A stretch of DNA of 40,065 nucleotides from NCBI GenBank assembly GCA_043804515.1, contig JAZDIZ010000120.1, positions 1 through 40,065 on the forward strand, in the 5' to 3' direction. This document shows positions 18,001 to 25,021 of this stretch, one piece after another. A program made the translations under genes and the position numbers. The DNA comes from Pseudomonadota bacterium (GTDB taxonomy: Bacteria; Bdellovibrionota_G; JALEGL01; DATDPG01). Position 1 is the first letter of the stretch. Each line of letters begins with the position of its first letter. The notes beneath the pieces are model-generated. The model was not told where the DNA came from and did not search any database. It was given only the letters and a program-made list of their open reading frames with translations.

Positions 18001-20347
18001 GGCCTGTAAAGAGGTCCCGCACGACGCTGCCGCCGTGGAGGCCCTCAAAGGTTTCTACGTGCGTCGGAAGGATTGGAAGAAAGCCGCGGCCCTTCTGGAG
18101 GACGAATTGGAAGCTCAGAAGGACCCGCGAAACAAAACGCCGTTGCTCCGGGAGCTCGCCGAAATCTACGGCGGTCCGTTGAAGAGTGAGGAGCGGGCGG
18201 CGAAGTTGTACGAGGAACTGATCCGAATCGTGCCCCATGAAATGAACGCCATCACCGTCCTCGCGGAGATCTATTTCAAGAAGGGATCGTGGAGCGAAGC
18301 GGCTCCCCTGTTCGATCGATTGGTGAAGGTCAGCGCGTCCAAAAAGGACCCCCGAGGCGCCGCCACGTTGTTTTTCAAGTTGGGAACCGTCATGCGGAAT
18401 CTGGGGCGCACGGAGGAGAGCCTGATCCAATTCAACCAAGCGCTGGCCTATGACAACGAGCACGTCGGATGCCTGAGGGCGTTGGCCGACCTCTACTTCC
18501 AGCTCGGACAGTGGAACAACGCCCTACTGATGCTCAAACGTGTTCTGGCTCTCGGCAAATCCGAAGACAAACCTTTCTTGGAGCAGAACTATTACAAGCT
18601 TCTTCAAACACTGGAATATCTGAACCAAACCGACGAGGCCTTCCGCGTGTTCGCTCAAGCACGCCCCTACATTCAGGACCACCTCGCTTCGCAAAAGCTC
18701 TTGGCGAATCTCTTTTTCCGCAACGAACGATGGGAGGACGCCTATTCCACGTTTCACCGTGTATTGGCGCTCTCGCCGTCGGCCACCGATCAGATTCTGG
18801 CTCATCTTTCGTTGGCGTCGATCGAGTTCAAACAAAAGGGAAACCCCCAGGCGGCTCGTGAGCATCTCGGAGCGCTCTTCAAGGTGGAAGAAAATCACAA
18901 GAACGGTTTGGAGCTTTATCTGGAACTCTGCGAGGCCGAGAAGGACTGGCCTGAAGCCATTCAAACCCTCGAGCAGCTGGTTTCCTTGGAACGCGACCCG
19001 GCCTCCCTTTCCCGCTTGTACTACCGTCTCGGGCAGATCTTGGATCGGGAATCCGGCGATCTACGAAAGGCAAAGGACTACTACCTCCGGTCCATCGAAT
19101 TGGGTCCGGGAAGGACCGAAGCGGCCCAGGCGCTCCAGCAATTCTGCAAAACCCAGGAGGATTGGCGGGAGCTGGCCGACGCCTACGAAAAACTGGCCGG
19201 CAAGTTGAAACGGAAAGGAAGCCTCAAACAGGCGGCTAATTTCCAGCTCGCCCTCGGGATCCTTCTCGTGGACCAGTTGAATGATCTCCCGCGCGGAGTC
19301 CAGGCGCTTCGGAACGCCCTTGAATTCGAACCGGAGTTCGAGCCCGCGCTTCAAGCCTTGGCCCGGGTCCTGGCGCGTTCCCCGGCTTCACAAGGCGAGG
19401 CGGGCGCGCTCTATGAGCGCCTCGTTTCACGAGCGCCTTCCGAACCTTCATACCTCCGGGAGGCCGCGGACCTGTTCGAACGGGTCCACGAGACGGATCG
19501 ATCCTTCGTGTTCAAGAGCATCCTCGCGGCGCAGAACGCCGCTTCCGAGAGTGAGTTGGCGTATCTCGAGGCTCACAGCCTAAAGCCGCTGCTCCCCGCC
19601 AAGGGCGCGACCGACCTTTCCGCCCTGGAGGCCCTCCTGCCCGAGGAGATGGTTTCCACGACGGCCCGTCTTTTCTTCGAGACCGGCGAAAGCCTGATCC
19701 CCATTTACACGAGCCGCAATCAGGCGGAATCGATGCTGAGCGCAACCGAGGTGGTCCCGGAACATACCGTCGATGATTTTGAAGAGATCGCTAAGACGTT
19801 GGCTTTGGATCTAAAGAAATCGTCTCTCATCTTTTCAACGTCCGTAGCCGAGACGAAACTGGAATTCACGTTTCCGGCCACGTTGGCCGTCGGGCCCGGT
19901 CTCTATAAACTGCGCCGCCCCGTCCAACGCTTCGTCCTCGCCTACCAGTTGGTTGCGATCCGGCTGGGATACCGGGTGCTCCGCACGCTTCCGGTGGAGG
20001 ACGCCGAGGATCTCCTGGACGCGCTCTATGCGATGGCTCAAAACCGGAAACCTCGCCGGGAGGGAAGCGAAGCCATCCTCACGGCACTCCGCAATCAGAC
20101 TCCGAAGAAATCTCTCCAGGCGATTACCCAGGTCCTCGCCGACTCGGATCGAAAAGCCGTGGTTCCCGTAAGCCGGTTGATCCGCGCGTTCGAGATGGCC
20201 AACTTGCGTTGGGCCAGTCTCTTCACACCGGACCTGACCGCTTCGTTGGAAGGAACAAAACATTTGGAGGGCGCGCGAACCGAGGATTTGCTCTCCTTCT
20301 TCATCTCCGATTCTTATCTCTCCTGGCGCAAGAAACGGCTAAGCTAA
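12038..20347 (+). CDS. Giant cytoplasmic TPR protein, AgmK/GltI-like (2769 aa)
   Basis: No signal peptide; repeated composite unit (A..Y..L...P.N..AL..LE.LY.....W..L...Y) typical of myxobacterial AgmK-like proteins; non-TPR C-terminal domain. Confidence 0.85.
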   Translation: MEESTSTKILLRSKDFESLERRYQAQGDWSKLAALYQESVHQGIDQRLAVQRLLKAGVLLRDKLKRPKEAVRCFDAVVGMHRGWIDSEKGNVPKSDHFCELGKIYMEVIRNPEKAVESYVQAFELDPSKTHLMTVLGEIYQGKVGWPEVISQARAEAGSAEDVKLKAKFLEEIADIYTFILSDSERAMKMYREILKLDPSNRKALEALESHLIKGKHWSELAEFYLDLKARAANNDEVISILTRLGLIYRDKLNEPMEAARTYEEILGRQPNNFRIAAKLAQLKEDKDVWKQAISLLEETARKAKSATERVPILLRQATIAETFLDDRTLAGERIAEALGQAPAHPEALTRAVALWSSRNAFADVADAYDRAAREAGPAQIRIDALKRLVQVALDKLNEPTRAVSALEAVLREAPNDAPSRDQLLALYESLKMWGPLERFLTSALPALSQENRKPLLLRLASLKEHSLADPAGATAAYEQLLEFDAGSPEALEALERLYPAQRRWNDLINVYEIRAEQLRAHADQAKLYLAQARIFEEKIGDMAQAAKAYERVLLLLDDPTPVFARVEQIYFNEKLWPNLAALYRRSLAKIRAPEEQTRILFKMAELYEQKLGQVDNARACLESVLERAPKDLPALRKLERIFEERQQWPQLIEIYRKEFEATADPSEKVPVYLKAGELFLRKLNDNKRAEECFLRVLELEPENRVSLEFLTDFYRQSNRHEDLLLLLKNQIQLTKEAQPKARLYFEMGRLLERSVRREQEAVASYESALALDPTHEEARRSVADLYRKEQRWADLAKTFMGELEHTRDRLRGARLAKEIASLYASRLDQHDKAIEYYTRAWELNNADTDVLRRLIAAYEHLGDLKAALPHYERLFGSTQADPERAQLCLRIGELYRTLHQDPKREAEWYERTFSFDPSNVTALERLRKSYAELENWSGLLTIYERLLLGIQGLPAARLHYQIGEIYETQLGQSDRAVMAYQVASELDPSFVEPLKAMRRLLQREENWGEYLKTAQAEAQLTQDPAARTALLFEIGHLWRNNFLQIDRAIASFEEALRLTPEHAAALEQLSELFLERKNPEAAYRVTQKALAVISEPDRRKLLLTRLGNLELDWRKNTDGAARAFRELLSLEPRNVTAMDRLADVAALGKDFKGELSALQMRLEVEESRERKAALLFRMAEIWKGPLASPSNAAEALNALLKLDPANAKALSLLGEVIPNQEQWKRVAENILSELSRTKAVETFLRASRSISAVYATRLKQPREAIRVLRNALEGHGDREDVLDDLIPLYELTGEHLAAADASLRRAKLLKSPKDRARALFGVARLWADTLENPVAAISALKEALDLDPERAEVLDRLLELELKVENWKGADELLSKVLKKADLNSKRMQELTFRRAFLSADHLGNPDEAVTLLERLVAAAPDHRPALARLSALYEARKDWQSIARHMGHLADLLHGGEAVELKTRLARLYETELKDLSRALAEYEGILKIEPRNRDALSKIAHVHEVRRDFDALVGALQLQVPFAQTPAELASIYKRLGHVFRDQLKDLKRTIEFFERSLEQDPTQADLSDFLASRFREEKRFVELSEVLERRAAHVPPEEATRIYLELSEIWNTSLQNPIRSLEFLDRVRTLDPSNVPALTKSAEIHSKNENFRALAAVYQELARVSPTPQDRLSALVQLGNLQMDSLASPHEAVETYRKVLSVDPNHDGALARLRSLFGRDGRWSDLTGILKVLIKNAKGGEPRSLLRELARIELDRLRQPAQAVRTLTFLYQMAPDEDVFAELSKLHESQGDFEDLAKLLESRRKALAKDPSHLAPVLKQLGGLYDERLGETKKAVSCYEDFLASAPNDLETLSRLEALYRKLNRREDAARILEQRASLLPHGADRSTLLESLATQFRTQKRLQDAVRCLRQLAQDPAEKAGALERIVDVYEQGSFPKELSETLRELLPELKEPHRRVPRLVQLARLLEGGDETAAEAERMLRQACKEVPHDAAAVEALKGFYVRRKDWKKAAALLEDELEAQKDPRNKTPLLRELAEIYGGPLKSEERAAKLYEELIRIVPHEMNAITVLAEIYFKKGSWSEAAPLFDRLVKVSASKKDPRGAATLFFKLGTVMRNLGRTEESLIQFNQALAYDNEHVGCLRALADLYFQLGQWNNALLMLKRVLALGKSEDKPFLEQNYYKLLQTLEYLNQTDEAFRVFAQARPYIQDHLASQKLLANLFFRNERWEDAYSTFHRVLALSPSATDQILAHLSLASIEFKQKGNPQAAREHLGALFKVEENHKNGLELYLELCEAEKDWPEAIQTLEQLVSLERDPASLSRLYYRLGQILDRESGDLRKAKDYYLRSIELGPGRTEAAQALQQFCKTQEDWRELADAYEKLAGKLKRKGSLKQAANFQLALGILLVDQLNDLPRGVQALRNALEFEPEFEPALQALARVLARSPASQGEAGALYERLVSRAPSEPSYLREAADLFERVHETDRSFVFKSILAAQNAASESELAYLEAHSLKPLLPAKGATDLSALEALLPEEMVSTTARLFFETGESLIPIYTSRNQAESMLSATEVVPEHTVDDFEEIAKTLALDLKKSSLIFSTSVAETKLEFTFPATLAVGPGLYKLRRPVQRFVLAYQLVAIRLGYRVLRTLPVEDAEDLLDALYAMAQNRKPRREGSEAILTALRNQTPKKSLQAITQVLADSDRKAVVPVSRLIRAFEMANLRWASLFTPDLTASLEGTKHLEGARTEDLLSFFISDSYLSWRKKRLS

Positions 20348-20355
20348 GCCGCAGA

Positions 20356-21837
20356 ATGCCGGTCGTTCCGTCCTTCCAACTCTTTTACGACAAGGCACCG
20401 ATCGCGGAGATTCCGATGAACCGGTCCCCGTTCGTTATCGGAAGAAAAGCCGGCTGCAGCCTGCGTTTGATTGAAGGGTCGGTTTCCCGTGAGCATCTGC
20501 GGGTTATTCTCCACGCCGACGGCTCGCTCGCAGCGGAGGACCTTTCCAGCACCAACGGCACGTATCTCAACGGCCAGCGCATCGTCCGCCGGGTACTCCA
20601 TCCCAACGACCGGCTCGTGGTGGGGCGCCTAAGTTTGGTTTTCCACCATCTGAAACCGGAAGAGCTGACCGTGTCGCCCAAGGGATTCCTTTCGCGCGTG
20701 CTGAAGAAGAAGGAAGCCGTCCCGTTCTGCGCGGCGAAAGGGGAATACGTCCTCCCCCTCGTCGACACGATGACCGAATTCGACGCGGTCTCGTACGCCA
20801 TGGTGGCGGATCGCGCGGTAGTGGATGAGAAGAAGCTCCCCGCATCGTCCTACGTTCGGGTGGTCCCTCGCCTTCAAATGCTGGCCCAACAGGGAGGCCG
20901 CAAGGAGGAAATCACAAAGTTCAGCGTATCGCAGACCGTGTTCGACGGGATCGAGGGTCCCACCATGAGCCTGCGCCCGGCTCCGCTTCCCGTCCTCCCT
21001 GAGGGCGGGTCCACAAGGAAACGTCTGCGCATCCCCTGGAAAACCATCGAGTTGGTTCTGATTCCCGTCATTCTCGTCGTCGTCGGTGTGTTGATGGGCC
21101 GCTATTTCGTGAAAATCCGCATCCAAGCCGAATGGGAGCGGGCCGAGAAGCACTGGACTGCGCGGCTCGCGCAGGTCGCATCGCAGTATCAGTACGCCGA
21201 GGACTCCGCTTTTTCGGAGCCCGCCCCCTACGCGGCGGCCGGGCCCCGCCGTGCCGTCCCTCTTTCGGTCGACGAGGTGTGGCGGCGGATCGACGCCCGC
21301 CCTGCGCTCCGGAATTTTCTCCTGTTCGAGATCCTGGATGAAGTTCTGGCCAGCGAGGATTTCAAATGGTCCCTCGCCGACGCTTTACGGAATCTGGCGC
21401 GGCTCTCGAGTGTCACGAGCCGTCTCCCTTCGGTAAAGAAGTTCCAACTCGTTCTGAACATGGAAGCCCCGCCGTTCAAAATGGAGGGCCTCTCCGACAG
21501 CCACGTTCTCTTTCTTTCCGAGTCCGGATCCGCGCCCCCGGCCCAAAGTTACGCCGAGTACCGGGCGGACATGACGGCTCGGCTCGGCTCCGTCTCGAGC
21601 TGCGCCGGCGTGCGCCGCGCGGCTTCGCCCGGGAAGGTCGTCATGGCGTTCACCGTCAACGCGTCCGGCCGGATTGGATCCATTTTCATCAACAAAGCCC
21701 GCTCCTCTCAGGAGAGCCGGCTCTGGTCGTGCGTGGAAGAAAAGCTCAAGACCGTCCAACTGGATTCTCCCCCCGGTGGCCCGCTTTCGATCGTTTACAC
21801 ATTCGCCTTCGCCGGCCCGCAGAAGGTCGGGTTCTGA
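20356..21837 (+). CDS. FHA domain - single TM - TonB_C/AgmX-PglI C-terminal-like protein (GltG-like architecture)
   Basis: FHA motifs IGR...VSREH...EDLSSTNGTYLNG; TM LVLIPVILVVVGVLMG; C-terminal GKVVMAFTVNASGRI...CVEEKLKTVQLDSPPGGPLSIVYTFAF. ATG lies 8 nt after the upstream stop. Confidence 0.8.
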   Translation: MPVVPSFQLFYDKAPIAEIPMNRSPFVIGRKAGCSLRLIEGSVSREHLRVILHADGSLAAEDLSSTNGTYLNGQRIVRRVLHPNDRLVVGRLSLVFHHLKPEELTVSPKGFLSRVLKKKEAVPFCAAKGEYVLPLVDTMTEFDAVSYAMVADRAVVDEKKLPASSYVRVVPRLQMLAQQGGRKEEITKFSVSQTVFDGIEGPTMSLRPAPLPVLPEGGSTRKRLRIPWKTIELVLIPVILVVVGVLMGRYFVKIRIQAEWERAEKHWTARLAQVASQYQYAEDSAFSEPAPYAAAGPRRAVPLSVDEVWRRIDARPALRNFLLFEILDEVLASEDFKWSLADALRNLARLSSVTSRLPSVKKFQLVLNMEAPPFKMEGLSDSHVLFLSESGSAPPAQSYAEYRADMTARLGSVSSCAGVRRAASPGKVVMAFTVNASGRIGSIFINKARSSQESRLWSCVEEKLKTVQLDSPPGGPLSIVYTFAFAGPQKVGF

Positions 21838-22035
21838 GCCGTCGCCGCGTGGATCGGAAAATTCAGGCATCCGGCAAACCGGCAACCGTCCCAGTCCCGG
21901 TGATCAGAGATCAGTTGGAGGAATCCACCATCCGTTCCCTGGGACGGAAACGGACATCTGCTGCCTGTTTGCCGGATCTTTTCTCATCCGGTACCGGATC
22001 AACAGATTCCGGTCTCCGGATACCGGATAACGGGG
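21838..22035. repeat. Intergenic heptamer-rich repeat element, copy B (inverted relative to copy A)
   Basis: 7-bp period (cagattc cggtctc cggatac cggataa; caggcat ccggcaa accggca); 18-bp exact inverted match to 7194-7211 with partial similarity beyond it. Confidence 0.65.
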
Positions 22036-22473
22036 TTATTCAACGTGCCTGAATAGAGGCGCAAATATAAGGATCAGAAGGCACATCACCCCGCAATACA
22101 TGAGGAGCTTGCGGTAGTGCCGTCGCCAGAAACCCCCGTCCGATTCGTCGATTTGCGGGCCGCCGGAACTGACCTCGGCAAGGAATCGGTTCACGACTTC
22201 GTCGCTGTCCAATCCCGCGTATCGCGAAAGGACGCGCAGGAAGCCCACGACAAAAGCTTTCGGAGGTAGCTGCCCGAACCGATTCGATTCAAGAGCTTCG
22301 TAATAGTCCGGACTCACCTTGGTGACCCGAAGGATTTCTTCCCGGCTGATTCCGCGCAGGACCCTTTCCCGGCGCAGAAACTGGCCGAACGTCATTTCAT
22401 GGCTCTCCGACACCACTTCCGCCGAGTAATCGCGATGAGCCGGCCTCACGGCCCTATCTGCACTTCTTGCCAT
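22036..22473 (-). CDS. rodZ: Short RodZ-like protein (HTH_25 domain + C-terminal TM)
   Basis: FGQFLRRERVLRGISREEILRVTKVS...ALESNRFGQLPPKAFVVGFLR...GLD motif; follows pilF/tgl as in the conserved ndk-rlmN-pilF-rodZ order. Start uncertain. Confidence 0.75.
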   Translation of the reverse strand: MARSADRAVRPAHRDYSAEVVSESHEMTFGQFLRRERVLRGISREEILRVTKVSPDYYEALESNRFGQLPPKAFVVGFLRVLSRYAGLDSDEVVNRFLAEVSSGGPQIDESDGGFWRRHYRKLLMYCGVMCLLILIFAPLFRHVE

Positions 22474-23200
22474 AGTCCCCCTTTTGATCCGCTTCCGCAC
22501 AGCTGCGAAAAGCCGCCTGGGCTTTCGCTCTCTCTTTCAGCTTCAAGTATCCCAAACCCAGTTGATAATAGATTTCCGGGCATTCGTTTCCCCACGCACC
22601 CTTGGCGGCGGCACTGCAAGCCGAGGCCGCGCCCTCGAACTCTTTGACCGCTTCGGGCAACTTTCCCCGCTCGATGTAAATCAGTGCTAAGGATTTCCGG
22701 CTGAGGACAAACTGAGGGTTATGGATCAGCCCTTTCCGGAAGCTCTCGATGGCTTTAACCTCGTCCCCCTTCTTCTGATACGCGATGCCCATGTTCTGAT
22801 AGGCGCGCTCAGGCGTGGCATAGAGTACGTTTTCCACGGCTTTCCGGCAGCTCGCGATCGCGTCGTCGTACTTCTCTATCTGGATCAGGAGTACGCAGAG
22901 ATTGTTGAGTCCCTCGGAGTAATTCGGCCCCAGAGCCACCGCTTTGCGCAGATGAGCCTCCGCCTGGTCCAGGCGGTCCTGGCGTTGAAGCTCCAGTCCG
23001 AGAAGGTTTTGAACCTCCGCGTTCGACGGGTCCAGCTGCGCGGCCTGGAGAAGAAGCGACAACCCTTGCGTGGTCTCTCCCTTCTGCAACAGCTCCTGCG
23101 CCACCTGGTACTGGGTTTGCGCCTGCTCCACCTTCTTCGGGTCTTTTCCCGCACACCCCAGCGCGACCAGGATCACCGCCGTAAATGCTATTCTCTTCAC
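22454..23200 (-). CDS. tgl: Type IV pilus pilotin TPR lipoprotein (Tgl/PilF/PilW family)
   Basis: AAGGAG RBS before GTG 23200 (alternative ATG 23215); lipobox ALGC; TPRs with AVENVLYATPERAYQNMG signature. Confidence 0.8.
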   Translation of the reverse strand: MKRIAFTAVILVALGCAGKDPKKVEQAQTQYQVAQELLQKGETTQGLSLLLQAAQLDPSNAEVQNLLGLELQRQDRLDQAEAHLRKAVALGPNYSEGLNNLCVLLIQIEKYDDAIASCRKAVENVLYATPERAYQNMGIAYQKKGDEVKAIESFRKGLIHNPQFVLSRKSLALIYIERGKLPEAVKEFEGAASACSAAAKGAWGNECPEIYYQLGLGYLKLKERAKAQAAFRSCAEADQKGDYGKKCR

Positions 23201-23214
23201 ATTCTTCTCCTTCA

Positions 23215-24000
23215 TCAGAAACTCGCAAACCATCTGAGCAGCGCCTGCACCGGCGGCTCGGGGGATTTCAGAGCCTCCGCGCGCGGCATTTCCCCCGGCA
23301 TTTCAGGGCCTTCCTCTTGGGCGTCCAGTAACTTCGCGATCGAGTCCAGTTCGTCACGAAAATCGGTTTCCTCACGCTGGAACTCCTCATCGGAAACTTC
23401 AACGGGCTCGACCTTCGGTCTCGGGTGTGGCGACATGCGAGGTGCCGTTGCAGCCGGCTCCCGGCTCGTTCCGCCGGCATAGGAGGAGGAAAGCAAACTC
23501 TCCAGCTCCGGTACAACCTCGGGCGCAGCGCCCTTGGAAACCCCAATCCCGAATTCCGCCCTCGTGGGCTTCTCCGCCTCCTCGTCCAATTCCGGCTCCC
23601 TCGTGGCGGCATCGGCCTTAGGCCATGCGCCGAACACGGACATCTCCCCGAACACCTCCTTCTTTTGCTCCGGGGTCATTTTTTCCACGCTCAGGTTGTT
23701 CATCATGAAGCCCATGCTCTCGACGAAATCGAGAGCCTCCCCTTCCATCCCAGGTCTCTGAGAGCTGGAGAAGGGGCCTTCGTCCCAGGAATAGCCCACA
23801 AAGACGCCGCTCGATTTCAGGTGCAGGACGACATGAATTTCCAACTCGATTCCGTCGCGACCGATGACGATACACGCCTGCGCAGGCTCGGCGGGCCGCT
23901 CGGCGGCCGCTACTTTCGGTTCATTGATGGATTGGAAAACGGAGAGAACCTTTTCCTCAGGATTCGAGAAGCCTTGGAATTCCTCGTCCAGAATAAACAT
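23215..24000 (-). CDS. Conserved hypothetical protein of the type found upstream of tgl in deltaproteobacteria
   Basis: SINEPKVA...PAQACIV...EALDFVESMGFMM core, acidic disordered linker, C-terminal LLRWFASF; TGATG junction with the tgl frame. Confidence 0.7.
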   Translation of the reverse strand: MFILDEEFQGFSNPEEKVLSVFQSINEPKVAAAERPAEPAQACIVIGRDGIELEIHVVLHLKSSGVFVGYSWDEGPFSSSQRPGMEGEALDFVESMGFMMNNLSVEKMTPEQKKEVFGEMSVFGAWPKADAATREPELDEEAEKPTRAEFGIGVSKGAAPEVVPELESLLSSSYAGGTSREPAATAPRMSPHPRPKVEPVEVSDEEFQREETDFRDELDSIAKLLDAQEEGPEMPGEMPRAEALKSPEPPVQALLRWFASF

Positions 24001-24062
24001 TGGGGGCGCAGCCTTAACTCTTCGATAGGATTACAGAAATCTTGTCCGAGGTCAAAGGTTTT

Positions 24063-24090
24063 TACATTACCCTACATTACAATACGTAGG
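24063..24090. promoter_or_regulatory. Tandem direct repeat (TACATTAC x2, 10-bp period), candidate regulator binding site
   Basis: TACATTAC at 24063 and 24073 plus a degenerate TACGTAGG at 24083, just upstream of a minus-strand TTGACC -35-like hexamer facing the tgl operon. Confidence 0.35.
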
Positions 24091-24150
24091 TCCCCGCCTT
24101 CATTTCACCCCCCCGCGTTCCCGGGGGATCGATCCGAACGCCCCGCGACC

Positions 24151-25011
24151 TCAGATCCGGTCCTTGATAAGCAGCGAAAGTTTCTCCCTCGTGGAGAACG
24201 GGATGACCCGGGCGTCGGTCACGATCGACGTCTTGAGAAGGCCCCGGAACGGGCTCGGCCCCGCCGGGACATTCCTCGCTACTTCCTTGAGGATTTTCTG
24301 CGCCGTGGCCACGTTCTTTTTCATGACTTGAACCACGGTGTCAGCTTGGACGTCCTCCTCGCTTTCATGCCAGCAATCGTAGTCGGTGGCGAGGGCCAGC
24401 GTGGCGTACGACATTTCCGCCTCACGGGCCAATTTCGCTTCCGGCATGTTCGTCATTCCGATGACGCTCACGCCGAGAGCCCGGTACGAGAGCGATTCCG
24501 CACGGCTCGAAAACTGCGGGCCTTCCATGCAAATGTACGTGCCCCCCTCATGCGTGCGCGCTCCGACTTTCTTGGAGGCCTCCGCGGCGACTTTGCACAA
24601 TACCGCGCACACGGGATCGCCGAACGGGACGTGCGCGACGATTCCTTCGCCGAAAAACGTGCTCACGCGGCCGCGGGTCATGTCGATGAACTGGTTCGGA
24701 ACGACCATGTCCCCCGGACGGATTTCCTCCTTCATGCTTCCCACGGCGCTCACGCTCAAGAGCCACTCGACGCCCAATTTCTTGAAACCGTAGATGTTCG
24801 CCCGGTAGTTGATTTCGCCGGGAAGAAACCGGTGCCCGACGCCGTGACGGGGCAGGAAGACCATCTCCACACCCTGTTCCAGCTCTCCGACGACGAACGA
24901 ATCGGAGGGGGGACCGAACGGAGTTTCCACGGAGAGCTTCTTCACCTTCTTCAGGCCGTCCATGTCGTAAAGCCCGCTCCCGCCGATCACGCCCAGTTTT
25001 CTTCCCGCCAT
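24151..25011 (-). CDS. mtnP: S-methyl-5'-thioadenosine phosphorylase
   Basis: GVIGGSGLY, TPFGPPSD, FLPRHG, INYRANI, MEGPQFSSRAES, IGMTNMPEAKLAREAE and ATDYDCW motifs. Confidence 0.95.
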   Translation of the reverse strand: MAGRKLGVIGGSGLYDMDGLKKVKKLSVETPFGPPSDSFVVGELEQGVEMVFLPRHGVGHRFLPGEINYRANIYGFKKLGVEWLLSVSAVGSMKEEIRPGDMVVPNQFIDMTRGRVSTFFGEGIVAHVPFGDPVCAVLCKVAAEASKKVGARTHEGGTYICMEGPQFSSRAESLSYRALGVSVIGMTNMPEAKLAREAEMSYATLALATDYDCWHESEEDVQADTVVQVMKKNVATAQKILKEVARNVPAGPSPFRGLLKTSIVTDARVIPFSTREKLSLLIKDRI

Positions 25012-25021
25012 ATGCACTCTC

